Source of the DNA: Rhizaria sp. SCN 62-66
Lineage: Eukaryota
DNA length: 45,910 nt
Assembly: GCA_001724265.1 (NCBI GenBank)
Contig: MEDY01000243.1
Coordinates: 1 to 45,910 of the forward strand
Direction of reading: 5' to 3'
Shown: positions 23,993 through 33,505 of the stretch, piece after piece
Layout: every line of letters begins with the position of its first letter
Position numbering within the stretch: the first letter of the stretch is position 1
Notes under the pieces: generated by a model
The model's database searches: none
What the model saw: the letters and a program-made list of their open reading frames with translations, nothing else
Told to the model about the DNA's origin: nothing
Program-made: the position numbers and the translations under genes

Positions 23993-25353
23993 TTTTAGCA
24001 CAGACTGTGTTGTGAAAGAGAGAGGCGGAGATTGATAAGCGACGGGCATAAGATCAAAAGGAAGGATTTGTGAGAGAAAGTCAGCAATAAAAAGAAGCAT
24101 TTCGTCAAAGGCACTTTACTAAGTGATGGAAAAAGTAAAACAATCTACAATACAAGGAACTGTAACGCTTTGCCTTGCATTTTCATGAGAAGCATATGGT
24201 GCAAGGGATGCGGCGATGACGACAGAGATACATTCTGCCGTTCGTTCCGAGCCCGATACAGGGCACAAAACGCGCAGTGAGGCACAAACAACTCTGAATC
24301 AAGATAGAACAGAGATGGTGTGATCATAGCAGCGAAGTATTACCCGGTAACGCGCACAGGAAGAGGGTGTTTGTGTTCGGAAACAAAAGCGGCGAGCGAC
24401 GTCGCTTGCTCCTACGAAACCCCATCGAACTTTGGAGACACGATTTCAGGCACACAAAACGCATTTGTTCAGCACACAAAAAAGCTTGAAGAACATTTTG
24501 GAGGACCACGTGCGCTATGAATACAAATTCAACACCTGTAACCAGCGTGAAGCGCTTAATCATTCAAAGTTCATCAACCCCCTTGAGAGCTACTCTCTGT
24601 CCGCTCGAAGGTGCGGCTAATCTTTCTTGACGCGGCCACAGTCCGTCGGTCCGTCGACGTCGACCTGCCTGCACTCAGGCTGAAGGAACCCGAGGAGAGA
24701 TTGCGTGTTTTGACATGCATAATCAACCTGGATTGCCTTGATATTTTGTTTTGTGGCCAAAAAGAATGCATTGTGCGGTGGCAATAAAAAATACTTGTGT
24801 TGCTTCCGTCTGTGGATTGAAAAATAGAGTCTTTTGGGAAAAGGTAAATTCAAAGGAGCGCGGTTCCTTAAGAAAACACTTGATATATCGCGACATACGC
24901 AAGATCTCAAAAATAAAAAGATGTTTTAACATTGCAAAATGCACGGGCTACCCTGCAATGCAGGTTAAATTGATGTGCCTTTCATATCTTTTCAGAAATC
25001 ATTCATGCGAAGCTATAATGATGTTCGCAAGAGCGACGTAGACGCAACTACTACTAGGACTGCACGCGACTACCACAAGTTCAAACTCATGTAAAAATCA
25101 CATGAGTGTACAGAAAATCAACATATGTATTCTATTAAAGAGCTTTTTTTCTCATATCATCAATGGTCTCGAGCATCTCCTCACTCGAACAAACCCTCCC
25201 GTTCTTACCACAAGCAAAATGCTGGTCCAGATATTTTACTGATGAGGACTCTGAAACACGATGACTTCACTGGCACCACATGGCTTCGCATAATACGCGT
25301 GATATATCCCCCCTGAAACACTCTCGTCCTATTCAAACAAGCGGTGTTGACTC

Positions 25354-27942
25354 TCAAAAGTCGTATCCGTAGGGGTTCTTGTTGCTCGGCGGCACGCGCC
25401 CGTCACCGCTTCCAGCGCCAGCGCCACTGGAAGGGGCGGCGGCGGCAGCGGCGGCCCTGTTCTGCGCCATGTCAACAGCGCTGAGGCCCTGGGGTCCGCC
25501 GTTGCCGCCGCTGTGCAGCGCAAGCCCCGCGAGCCTGGCGTTGACGCCGAGCGCGTCGTGTCCTGCGCCGGCGGGGAAGTCGACGTGCGTGCCCTCGGTC
25601 CCGTCGTCCTCGTACTCGTCGTCGCCGTCGCCGTCGCCGTGGTCGTCGTCACCGTAGCCGTCGTCGTCGCCGTCACCACCCTGGCCGTAGCCGTCGTCGT
25701 CGTCGCCGTGCGCGGCGTCGGGGTTCCAGTCCAGGTAGTCGGGCCGCTCGGCGGCGCGATACTCGTCCACGAGCGTGTGCGCGACCTCGCGCGCGTCGTC
25801 CAGCTCCTCCAGTCCCTCGGCAAACAGCGAGCCGCGCCCACGGTAACCGTCCAGGAACGCGTTGCGGCGCCGCAGCAGGTCGTACTGCCGCAGCGACTTG
25901 AGGAACAGGCTGTGGATCGCAGTGTTGTTGGCCATCATCAGCCCGGACACGCGGTGCGAAGACTGGGTATCGTCGCAAACAAACAGAAGACAGATTGGTA
26001 AAGAGCAAAGAATAAGCATAAAATAAGATAAACAATCCATATTAAAACAAAATATCAAAAAAAAAGTTCCTAATAGAACACAATAAAAGTGCATTTTGGG
26101 AGCCTTCTATGACCATATCGTAGTTTTCTTCCTCAGTTTGTTTGCCTTATCGTTTGGACGTACGTGAACGAAGGGCGACTTCTTGGAGATAGTGACCTGC
26201 ACGCTGGCGGGGCCCCAAGGAATAAAGCGCGCAAGACGGCGCTCACGCACGCGCTGCAGCGCCTTGTGCACGTCTCCGGGGTCCACGTCGCCCTGTCAGT
26301 GTGTAGCAAGAAAAAACAAAGAATACAGATCGATCGACAAGAATTAAAATGAGAAAAAGATAAAATAAGATCATATCAACATGAGACTGTTTGAAAATCA
26401 CATCGAGTTACAAATAACACAAAACTACATTAGTTTAATAAGAAAACACAACAATATTAGCGACTAACGAATAACGCATACCTGGATGACGTTGAGGATG
26501 GAGAGGTAGAGCCCCTTACGCGTGGGGCACGACACCATCGTGTTCTTGGGCTGCAGCAGGCGCGACATGACGTCGTACACGGAGGTCTTGCGCACCGAGC
26601 TGGCGCCGTTATCGCCCGTCAGCGGCGTGTAGCCCGTCAGCAGGAAGTGGCAGCGCGGCGTGGGCACCAGTCCGCCGACGAGTCCGGCCAAGTCGTTGTT
26701 GGTGTAGCCCGGGTACCGCAGCGTCGCCGTGGCCGTGGCCATGACGGTCGACACAAGCGCGTTGGTCTGGCTAAAGGTCGGCGTCGCCAGGTGCAGCCGG
26801 TCGGCCGCGATGCGGTTCAGCGCCGCGTTGTCGAGCACGATCACGCAGTCGGCGTTGAGCGTCAGCCGCTTCAGCGTCAGCACGCTGTTGTACGGCTGCA
26901 CCACCACGTCCGAGCTCTCCTCGTGGTTGGGGAACACCGAGTACGTCTGGATGACCTTCTTCGGGTAGCGGTCGCTGATGGCCTCAAGCAGGAAGGAGCC
27001 CATGCCGGAGCCCGTGCCGCCGGCGATCGAGTGGCAGAGCTGGAAGCCCTCGAGCGAGTCTGCGCCGTCGGCCTCGCGGTCGAGCGTCTCGATCACCTCC
27101 TCGGCCACGGACTCAGCCAGCGCGTAGCCCGCGGCCCAGTTGTTGCCCGCGCCGCCGCCGTCCTTATGTACGAACACGTTCTCGGGGTTGTATAGCTTGC
27201 GCTGCTCGCCAGACATGATGCCGTTGATCACGCGCGGCTCCAGGTCCAGCAGGATCGACCGCGGGACATAGTGGTCGTCGTCAGCCTGAGCAATCAACAG
27301 TGCAGTTACATACAGAGAACATGGAACAATACAAGATCGAGTGAGTTAAGCTAAAAATGAGAATTATCGAGACTATACAACAAGATGAGGATAAATTCCG
27401 CGCTAAAATCACAATAGAACTTAGCTTAAGTCTTAAATATAGTCATTATCAATCAGTGCTTATCGTTTTAGCTTTGTTTTCCTTAGCTTTGTTTTGCTAT
27501 GTTTGAGCTTATAAGAGTTAAGACGTACCTGGTAGAAGAAGACATCTTTGCGGTCGTTGCTCTGGGCGGCAAAGTCGTGGAGAATGCCGTCGAGGCTGAT
27601 GCCGTGCTCCTCGCACAGACGCTTCCAGAACTCAGTGCCGACTGCACACAGAGACAAGAGCGATAAAGACAAAGTGTAATCATTGCAAGAGCGAGATAGC
27701 GAGAGAAATAACAAAGTGGGTTGTGAGCATTGTTGTAGTCCAATAGAGCAAAAATGTTGAATTAGATTCAGAGGCAAGACTAGACAGTTGCGCACAAAAT
27801 CATTGCATGGTGTGGCTCTAAGCAAGATGCTAGTGGCACAGCGGCTTTGAGATATGCGGAGAACACAAAAGATTTCAAGGAGTTTTGACGCACTTTGGTT
27901 GCCGCACTGGCCGACCTGAAGAGTAATAATCTCGTGAGGCAT
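25354..27942 (-). CDS. TUBG1: Gamma-tubulin, 5 exons, ~567 aa including a long C-terminal extension
   Basis: Exons 27942..27894, 27641..27529, 27285..26482, 26292..26164 and 25962..25354. Motifs [88 protein letters not shown] and [10 protein letters not shown]. Stop TGA. Confidence 0.97.
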
Positions 27943-28913
27943 TGTTGTGTGATGTTATAGCTTCAATGAGCGCGTGTGAAGTGTGTTTCTGTGTGGACTA
28001 CAACTCTGAAGCGAAGGCGCGCGCGTTGTGCGTGTGCTTTAGTGTACGAAGTCAGGAACCAGCTCTCTGACGCGGATGCAGTAGTAGCAGGTGTAACAAA
28101 GCGTTAAAAGTTGAAGTGGTAGCGCAGGCTCGTGTTCTCAACAACAAACAACAGCAACACAGGAGCAGTCGCGAAAGATCACGGGTGCGTGCACAGCTAA
28201 AGCGCGAACGAAGAGAGACGACTGGAAGAGGATAACAAGAGACGGGAAAGACAAAGTGAGCGCGCAAGCAAAGGAAAGCATAGCGTATGCAGCGGAATAG
28301 CAGTGATAGACGTACACGCAACGACTGCGGGGCAGGCGGTCGCTAGCAAGGAGCAGCGAAGACTAGCGCGGGAGCTGTGCGATGCTGAGTGGTGGCGGTA
28401 AGAAAGAGGCTGCAGAGGGGAACAAATACAGTGAAACACAAAAATAAGATTTGATTAGGTATAGAAGCATGTAGTTAACCAGCGTTAAAGTGTCAATACT
28501 CTCATAACGAGTTCAGGTATGCGTGGGGAGAAAGGACGAATTCAAACTTGGAGGCGCTCGGTGTGTGGAGGGCGCGCAGAATCGGACAAGAGTGATGCGA
28601 GATAACGCGTTCGACAGTTGAAATAGCATTTTACATCCAATCACAAATATGTGTCTGAATAATCATAGTTAAATTTTAGCTCCAGATAGCGATCACAATG
28701 CCGTTTACCACGAGTCTATTACAATGCGTCTCAACCGAGTGCTCTCGCTTGCTTTTGGTTTGACCGAAAGCCCATCTTCCACCAGTTTCAAGCGTCACCT
28801 ATTTTATATGTAAGAACAATACGAGCCTTCTAAGATATAATTGTAACTTTTTATTAACACATGTTGCGTTCGTCTTCTTAGGCGTTGTTCTAGGTCTTCA
28901 TATCCTCGGATTA

Positions 28914-30008
28914 ATGCAGAAGCCTGGAAACGGCCCCAAGCGGCCCCCTCTGCTGGCCGCCGCTCTCTTCGCCGCAGCTGCTCCAGCCGCGCCCCACGAC
29001 GGTTCCGATGTTGACTGTGACAGCGATGACGACGGCTTGCGGACTCCCTACGACTTGAGCTCCTCTTGCGACTCGTCACGCTTCGCTACCCCTGATCCCG
29101 AGGCTGCCGCTGCAGCTGCTGCTGCAGCTGCTGCCGCTGCCTCGGCGGCTGCAACATCAACACAATCAGCTGCAGAGACCGCAGTCAATGCCTCTACTGT
29201 TCCTGTGACTGATATCAAGTTCGCAACTGCAAGCAGCAGCATCTTCAGTCCCGACCACAGCGATCACGACGAGGACGACGGTCTCGCCGGCATCAGCAAC
29301 TACTACGAAGACAAGCATAACAACAGCAAGATCACTGCTCCTGCTGTTGCTGCGACCCCGACTGCGACTACGACGAGCAGCGCCTTAATCGCCGGCAGCA
29401 GTCACAAGGAGGAGGACCTGGAGGAGTTTCTCCGCGACTACGGCGGCGGCGACGACGACGACGACGACGAGTATCTGAACGAGTTGCACGCGATGAATGC
29501 GGGCCTGGTGTTTGTCTCACAGCCGCAGGCCCCTGTGCACAGTCACGCCCGCAATCACAGTGACAGCTGGAGCGACAGCAATCACAACCACGACAGTGAC
29601 GCTGATGATGGCAGCGGTGTTGATGACAAGGATCATGGTGACGATGAGGAAGAAGAAGAAGAAGAGGAGGAGGAACAACAGCCAAAGCTCAGCACCAACA
29701 CTGGCAGCGGCAGCACTACAGCCCCAGCCAGTGACCATGACCGTGACCATGTGGATGGCAGTGACCGTGAGCCCAGCGAGACCGCCAGTGACGGCGAGCC
29801 TGACTCTCTGGACGCTCTGGACGCTCAGGACACTCAGGACGCTCTGGATGCGCTGAGCGCTTTGGGCGTTTTGGGGGAGCCGGTGGAGGACGCCGAGGCC
29901 GCCGCGGCGGGCATTGAGCGCGTGCTGCCGCTGTGGCGCATCTTCGAAGAGTCGGACGGCTCTGGTGCTGAAGACTCCAGTCAGAACAACAACCACCACA
30001 ACGACAGC

Positions 30009-30081
<73 letters not shown>

Positions 30082-30389
30082 GTGTCAAGAGTAAGAGCAA
30101 GAGTGCTGAGTTTGGCGATCGCAGTGACAGTGAGTTTGAGTACAACAGTGGCAGCGACGGTGACGACGGTGACGGCGACACTGCCAGCGCAATCAACAGC
30201 AAGGAGACTGGTGTGAAGAGTAAAGCGAAGACGCGTGCCAGCACGTATGACGCCGAGTTCTTCGGGACTTCGGACGACGATGCTGATGATGACGCTGGCG
30301 GTGACGACTTAGATGAGGACTTGGGCAAAGTCCTTGAAAACGACAAGCAATACGCCAAGTGGAAGCAAATGTTGCGTCACCTGCGCTAA
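28914..30389 (+). CDS. Acidic, low-complexity (Asp/Glu/Asn/Ala-rich) hypothetical protein, 491 aa
   Basis: Single ATG-initiated ORF between AT-rich spacers, ending TAA TAA. Short ordered-looking islands (LEEFLRDY, IERVLPLWRIFEES, KQYAKWKQMLRHLR). No family recognised; an upstream exon cannot be excluded. Confidence 0.7.
30009..30080 (+). repeat. (AAC)24 coding microsatellite (poly-Asn)
   Basis: Perfect 72-bp AAC run, in frame within 28914..30389. Confidence 0.95.
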
Positions 30390-30794
30390 TAAGCTTCACA
30401 AGCAACAAGCGACCATCTGGTCTCTCTGACGATACTTAATGATGACTTGATACTTAGACTAACCCGTACTCAAATGAAACTTAGAAACTTGATCGTTGTT
30501 CGCTTCGTGCGCAACTCACTGCATGGATTGATGTTGATGAATACTAATACAAAGCAAATGTTACTTCACTTCTCGCGTTATTAATATTAAGTAATAAGAG
30601 TTGTTGTGACAATGCATCATCAGCAGCAAAGTGAGGAGCGGATACGGCACAAATACTGTGCTACGTGTACGCATAGCACATCAATGGCACCTCGGAGTAA
30701 TATTAAAGTCTTACGGGCACTGCGGGTGAGCGCGGGGAATCGCGCGGGGATCCAAAAAGGTAAGTGCGCGGCATAGTGCGGCGCGGGGCTAAAC

Positions 30795-30802
30795 AAAAAA
30801 AA
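30795..30802 (-). terminator. RNA polymerase III oligo-T terminator of tRNA-Asn
   Basis: T8 on the - strand, starting 2 nt after the tRNA discriminator base. Confidence 0.75.
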
Positions 30803-30804
30803 TA

Positions 30805-30878
30805 CGCTTCTGGCTGGGCTCGAACCAGCGACCTTGCGGTTAACAGCCGCACGCTACTACCAACTGAGCCACAGAAGC
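30805..30878 (-). tRNA. tRNA-Asn-GTT: tRNA-Asn (anticodon GTT), intronless
   Basis: Minus strand reads GCTTCTG TG GCTC AGTTGGTAG TAGC G TGCGG CT-GTT-AA CCGCA AGGTC GCTGG TTCGAGC CCAGC CAGAAGC G: a full cloverleaf with A and B boxes and no encoded CCA. Confidence 0.97.
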
Positions 30879-31386
30879 ATCTACTTAGATTTCCTAGTTA
30901 TAACTATCAAATGTAAGTATTTGGATGTGCCGCGGTCGAAATTTTATATATCAATATCAAATAAAAACAACAAGGTGTTTAGCTTTAGAATAGTTTCGTA
31001 TGTAAACAATATTAGATAAAAACAATAAACCTAAAAAGCCTATGTGTCATAATTAGCATCGATATATTCAGGGATTTTTAAGTGTGCAATATAAAAAAAG
31101 AAAAAAATGTTCATCGTAATCATTGATCATCAAGTCCAGTTAAGCTAGCCCAGTCACGTTGGATATCTGTAAACCTAAGATTTAGTTCAAATTCGATTAT
31201 GGGGAGATCTTTGTTTGTTTACATCAGCGTATGTATTGTTTGATTCTATATATCGCATCATTCTGATTGAATGACCAGCATTTTCATTCCTCATCACTGT
31301 CACAGTCACAATTTTGTTGCTCACAGTCACAACAAATAAGCTTAATATATTCCACTTGCTCACAGTCAATTTTCACGGTTTCTTCC

Positions 31387-32997
31387 TCAGGGGCCGCCGA
31401 CGGTCCAGCCGAAGGCGAGCGCGGCGCCGTCCCTGGCGGCCTCGAGGCTCTCCAGCTTGTCGCCGAACCCGAACGCGCTGCCGGGCGCCGCCGAGGGGGC
31501 CAGGTGCGCTTTGGGCCGGCCCGCGAGGTGGTTGTTGTTGACGACGCCCGTGCGCTTGCAGACCTCGTCCAGCAGGCGGCCCACGGTCCAGCGCTTGTCG
31601 GCCCAGACCACCGCGCGCAGCCCCGCGCGCACAAGCGCGGGCGGCAGCCGCACAGTGCCTGTGACCGCGGCGGGCGCCGTCGCGGCCGTGGGCAGCGCGG
31701 CGGCGGATGGGAAGCGGATCACGAGGCACACGCGCGACGCGATGGGGATGGCGCTGTCACCCACGGCCTCCTGCTGCAGCTTCTGCAGTGCGGAGCCCGT
31801 CGCGCGCGCCCCGAAGCGGCCCTCGGGCGCCGGCAGGTACGACACAGGCTCCGCGGGCGCCGCCATCGAAGTCGCAGTGGCAGTGGCTGTGGCAGCGGGG
31901 GATAGAGCGGGCGGCAAGCCGGGCGACGGCGAAGGGGAGATCGCGGGCGACATAGCCGGAGACCTGCCTGAGGCCGGAGACAGCAAGTGCGGCGGCGTCC
32001 GCGAAGCAGAAGCAGCGAGGCTCTGACCGGGAGCGGAGAGAATCGGGCGGCTTAGGTTCGGCACTGAGTACACTGGCGGCGCCGCGCTCGCAGTAGTTGC
32101 GGCCGCAGCCGGAGCATTCGTCGCGCTCGTGGGGGGAGCGGGGCCGTGCGCCACACTCGCACTGGCACTAGCGTTGCGATGCTGTTGCTGCTGTTGTTTC
32201 GCTTGGATTTCGCTCTGCCTAGCCTCGCGCTTAATGCGCAGCTTCTCAAGCAGCGCCTGCGAAGCTGACTTGATCGTGCCAAAGAGGCCTCCCTTGCTAT
32301 CCTCAGCGCCTGCCCCTGCGCCAGCATTGGCAGCGGCAGCGGCAGCGGCGCCGGCCTTGCGGTTGGCGACGAGCGCCGCGCGCGCGTCCCGCGCCCGCTG
32401 CGCGTGGGCCGACGCGGCCTGGTCGCAGTGATGATCGTCGGGGAAGCGGTGCGACAGACAGTAGTTGCCAAAGCACTTGGGGCACTGGATCACCGAGAGC
32501 TTGTCGCGGTTGGCGCAGGAGCCCGCGTCGCAGTGCCAGGCCTGCCGCAGCGCGCGGCGTTGCTCATCGGAGAGCGCGAGCAGGTGCTCTTTGCAGCCCG
32601 ACTGGATGTGGCGGTCCACGAACTCGTCCTTGGAGCCGTCGCGCGGCACGCGCACAAACTGCGCGCACACGGGACAGCGCGGCATCGAGTTGACGGTGGA
32701 GATGTCCTCGACGCAGGCGTGGTGTGTGAGCCCGAAGTGGTCCAGACAGTAGTATTTGTCGCACTTGTAGCAGTGGTGCGGCAGAAAGTCCAGCTGCTTG
32801 CATTCGGGGTCCGCGCAATGGCGGCCCACTTCGATCAAACCCTCGCCAGACTGCGCGCGCGCAAGCAGGTCCACGGACACGGGCGCTGCGGGCGCCTTGC
32901 GCGGGTCTGAGCCGTCGGGGTTGATGTTGAACTTGAAACCCGCGGATGGGTCGTCGTCGTCCAGCGGAGATTTCTCTTTGCCTTTGTAAAAAGCCAT
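31387..32997 (-). CDS. AN1-type zinc-finger protein (AN1 - C2HC - AN1 - linker - ZFAND1/Cuz1-like ubiquitin-like domain), ~536 aa
   Basis: ATG 32997. AN1: GRHCADPECKQLDFLPHHCYKCDKYYCLDHFGLTHHAC. C2HC: PRCPVC..VDRHIQSGC. Second AN1: CDAGSC..CPKCFGNYCLSHRFPDDHHC. The C-terminal ALQKLQQEAVGDSAIPIASRV..DKRWTVGRLLD..NNN resembles the ZFAND1 UBL region. Stop TGA. Confidence 0.88.
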   Translation of the reverse strand: MAFYKGKEKSPLDDDDPSAGFKFNINPDGSDPRKAPAAPVSVDLLARAQSGEGLIEVGRHCADPECKQLDFLPHHCYKCDKYYCLDHFGLTHHACVEDISTVNSMPRCPVCAQFVRVPRDGSKDEFVDRHIQSGCKEHLLALSDEQRRALRQAWHCDAGSCANRDKLSVIQCPKCFGNYCLSHRFPDDHHCDQAASAHAQRARDARAALVANRKAGAAAAAAANAGAGAGAEDSKGGLFGTIKSASQALLEKLRIKREARQSEIQAKQQQQQHRNASASASVAHGPAPPTSATNAPAAAATTASAAPPVYSVPNLSRPILSAPGQSLAASASRTPPHLLSPASGRSPAMSPAISPSPSPGLPPALSPAATATATATSMAAPAEPVSYLPAPEGRFGARATGSALQKLQQEAVGDSAIPIASRVCLVIRFPSAAALPTAATAPAAVTGTVRLPPALVRAGLRAVVWADKRWTVGRLLDEVCKRTGVVNNNHLAGRPKAHLAPSAAPGSAFGFGDKLESLEAARDGAALAFGWTVGGP

Positions 32998-33505
32998 AGA
33001 ACTATTGTGGAGGAAAGAAGACAAGAGAATGAAATGTTTAATGTTCGTTCACGTGTGGCATATGCGTGGTATTGCTTAACAGCTTTGTTGTGAGGCTGTG
33101 GAAACGCTGATGTGGAAGTAAGGACTGGAGCGGTTTTGACCGTTCACTCGAAATGCCGAAAAAGTTGCATAGACGCACTTTACAAGCGCCAATAAAAACA
33201 AAATTTTAAGAAAATAATATAAAATAAACTTTAAACACAATGGCGTATGATTGATGGATCTCTACGATAAAGATGCCTGGTATTGCTCATTTTAATTTGT
33301 TGCTGCGACCCCCTTGACTGAGGGTCACCACAAACGGGAAATCGATCCTTCTGGTCGAGTTCTTTTTCGGTTTCAAGTTACAGCGGTGTAATAACAGTCA
33401 TAAAAGGAATGTCTATCGTGAATCAACGTATTTTATTGTCTATATATCGCATTTTAAGTATATTTTAAGCTATTTAACAATGTATCACTGACATATCCAT
33501 CCAAT

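Noticed and set aside
22976-23998. 340-aa + strand ORF overlapping the cathepsin gene
   Set aside because: It is an antisense shadow produced by strong codon bias; the - strand carries all the C1A motifs.
24100-25353. Short AT-rich ORFs between cathepsin and gamma-tubulin, partly re-read allowing TAG as sense
   Set aside because: They have no coding-like codon bias or motifs, and the frame I extended still closed at a TGA shortly after.
26464-26481. Apparent TAG stop of the gamma-tubulin ORF 26464..27297
   Set aside because: It lies inside the intron starting GTATGC at 26481, so it was counted neither as a terminal nor as an in-frame TAG.
28052-28439. Hydrophobic, Cys/Leu-rich short - strand ORFs upstream of gamma-tubulin
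   Set aside because: The pyrimidine-rich composition is typical of this genome's introns and UTRs, not of its coding sequence.
30725-30790. CGCGGGGA motifs resembling a type I-E CRISPR repeat; ACTTACCT resembling the U1 5' end; GGGGCT resembling RNase MRP P4
   Set aside because: There is no regular repeat-spacer array or cas gene, and the context is eukaryotic. The remaining U1 and MRP elements and spacing are absent.
30805-30878. Possibility that the tRNA is an amber suppressor
   Set aside because: The anticodon is GTT (Asn). I saw no CTA-anticodon tRNA in this window.
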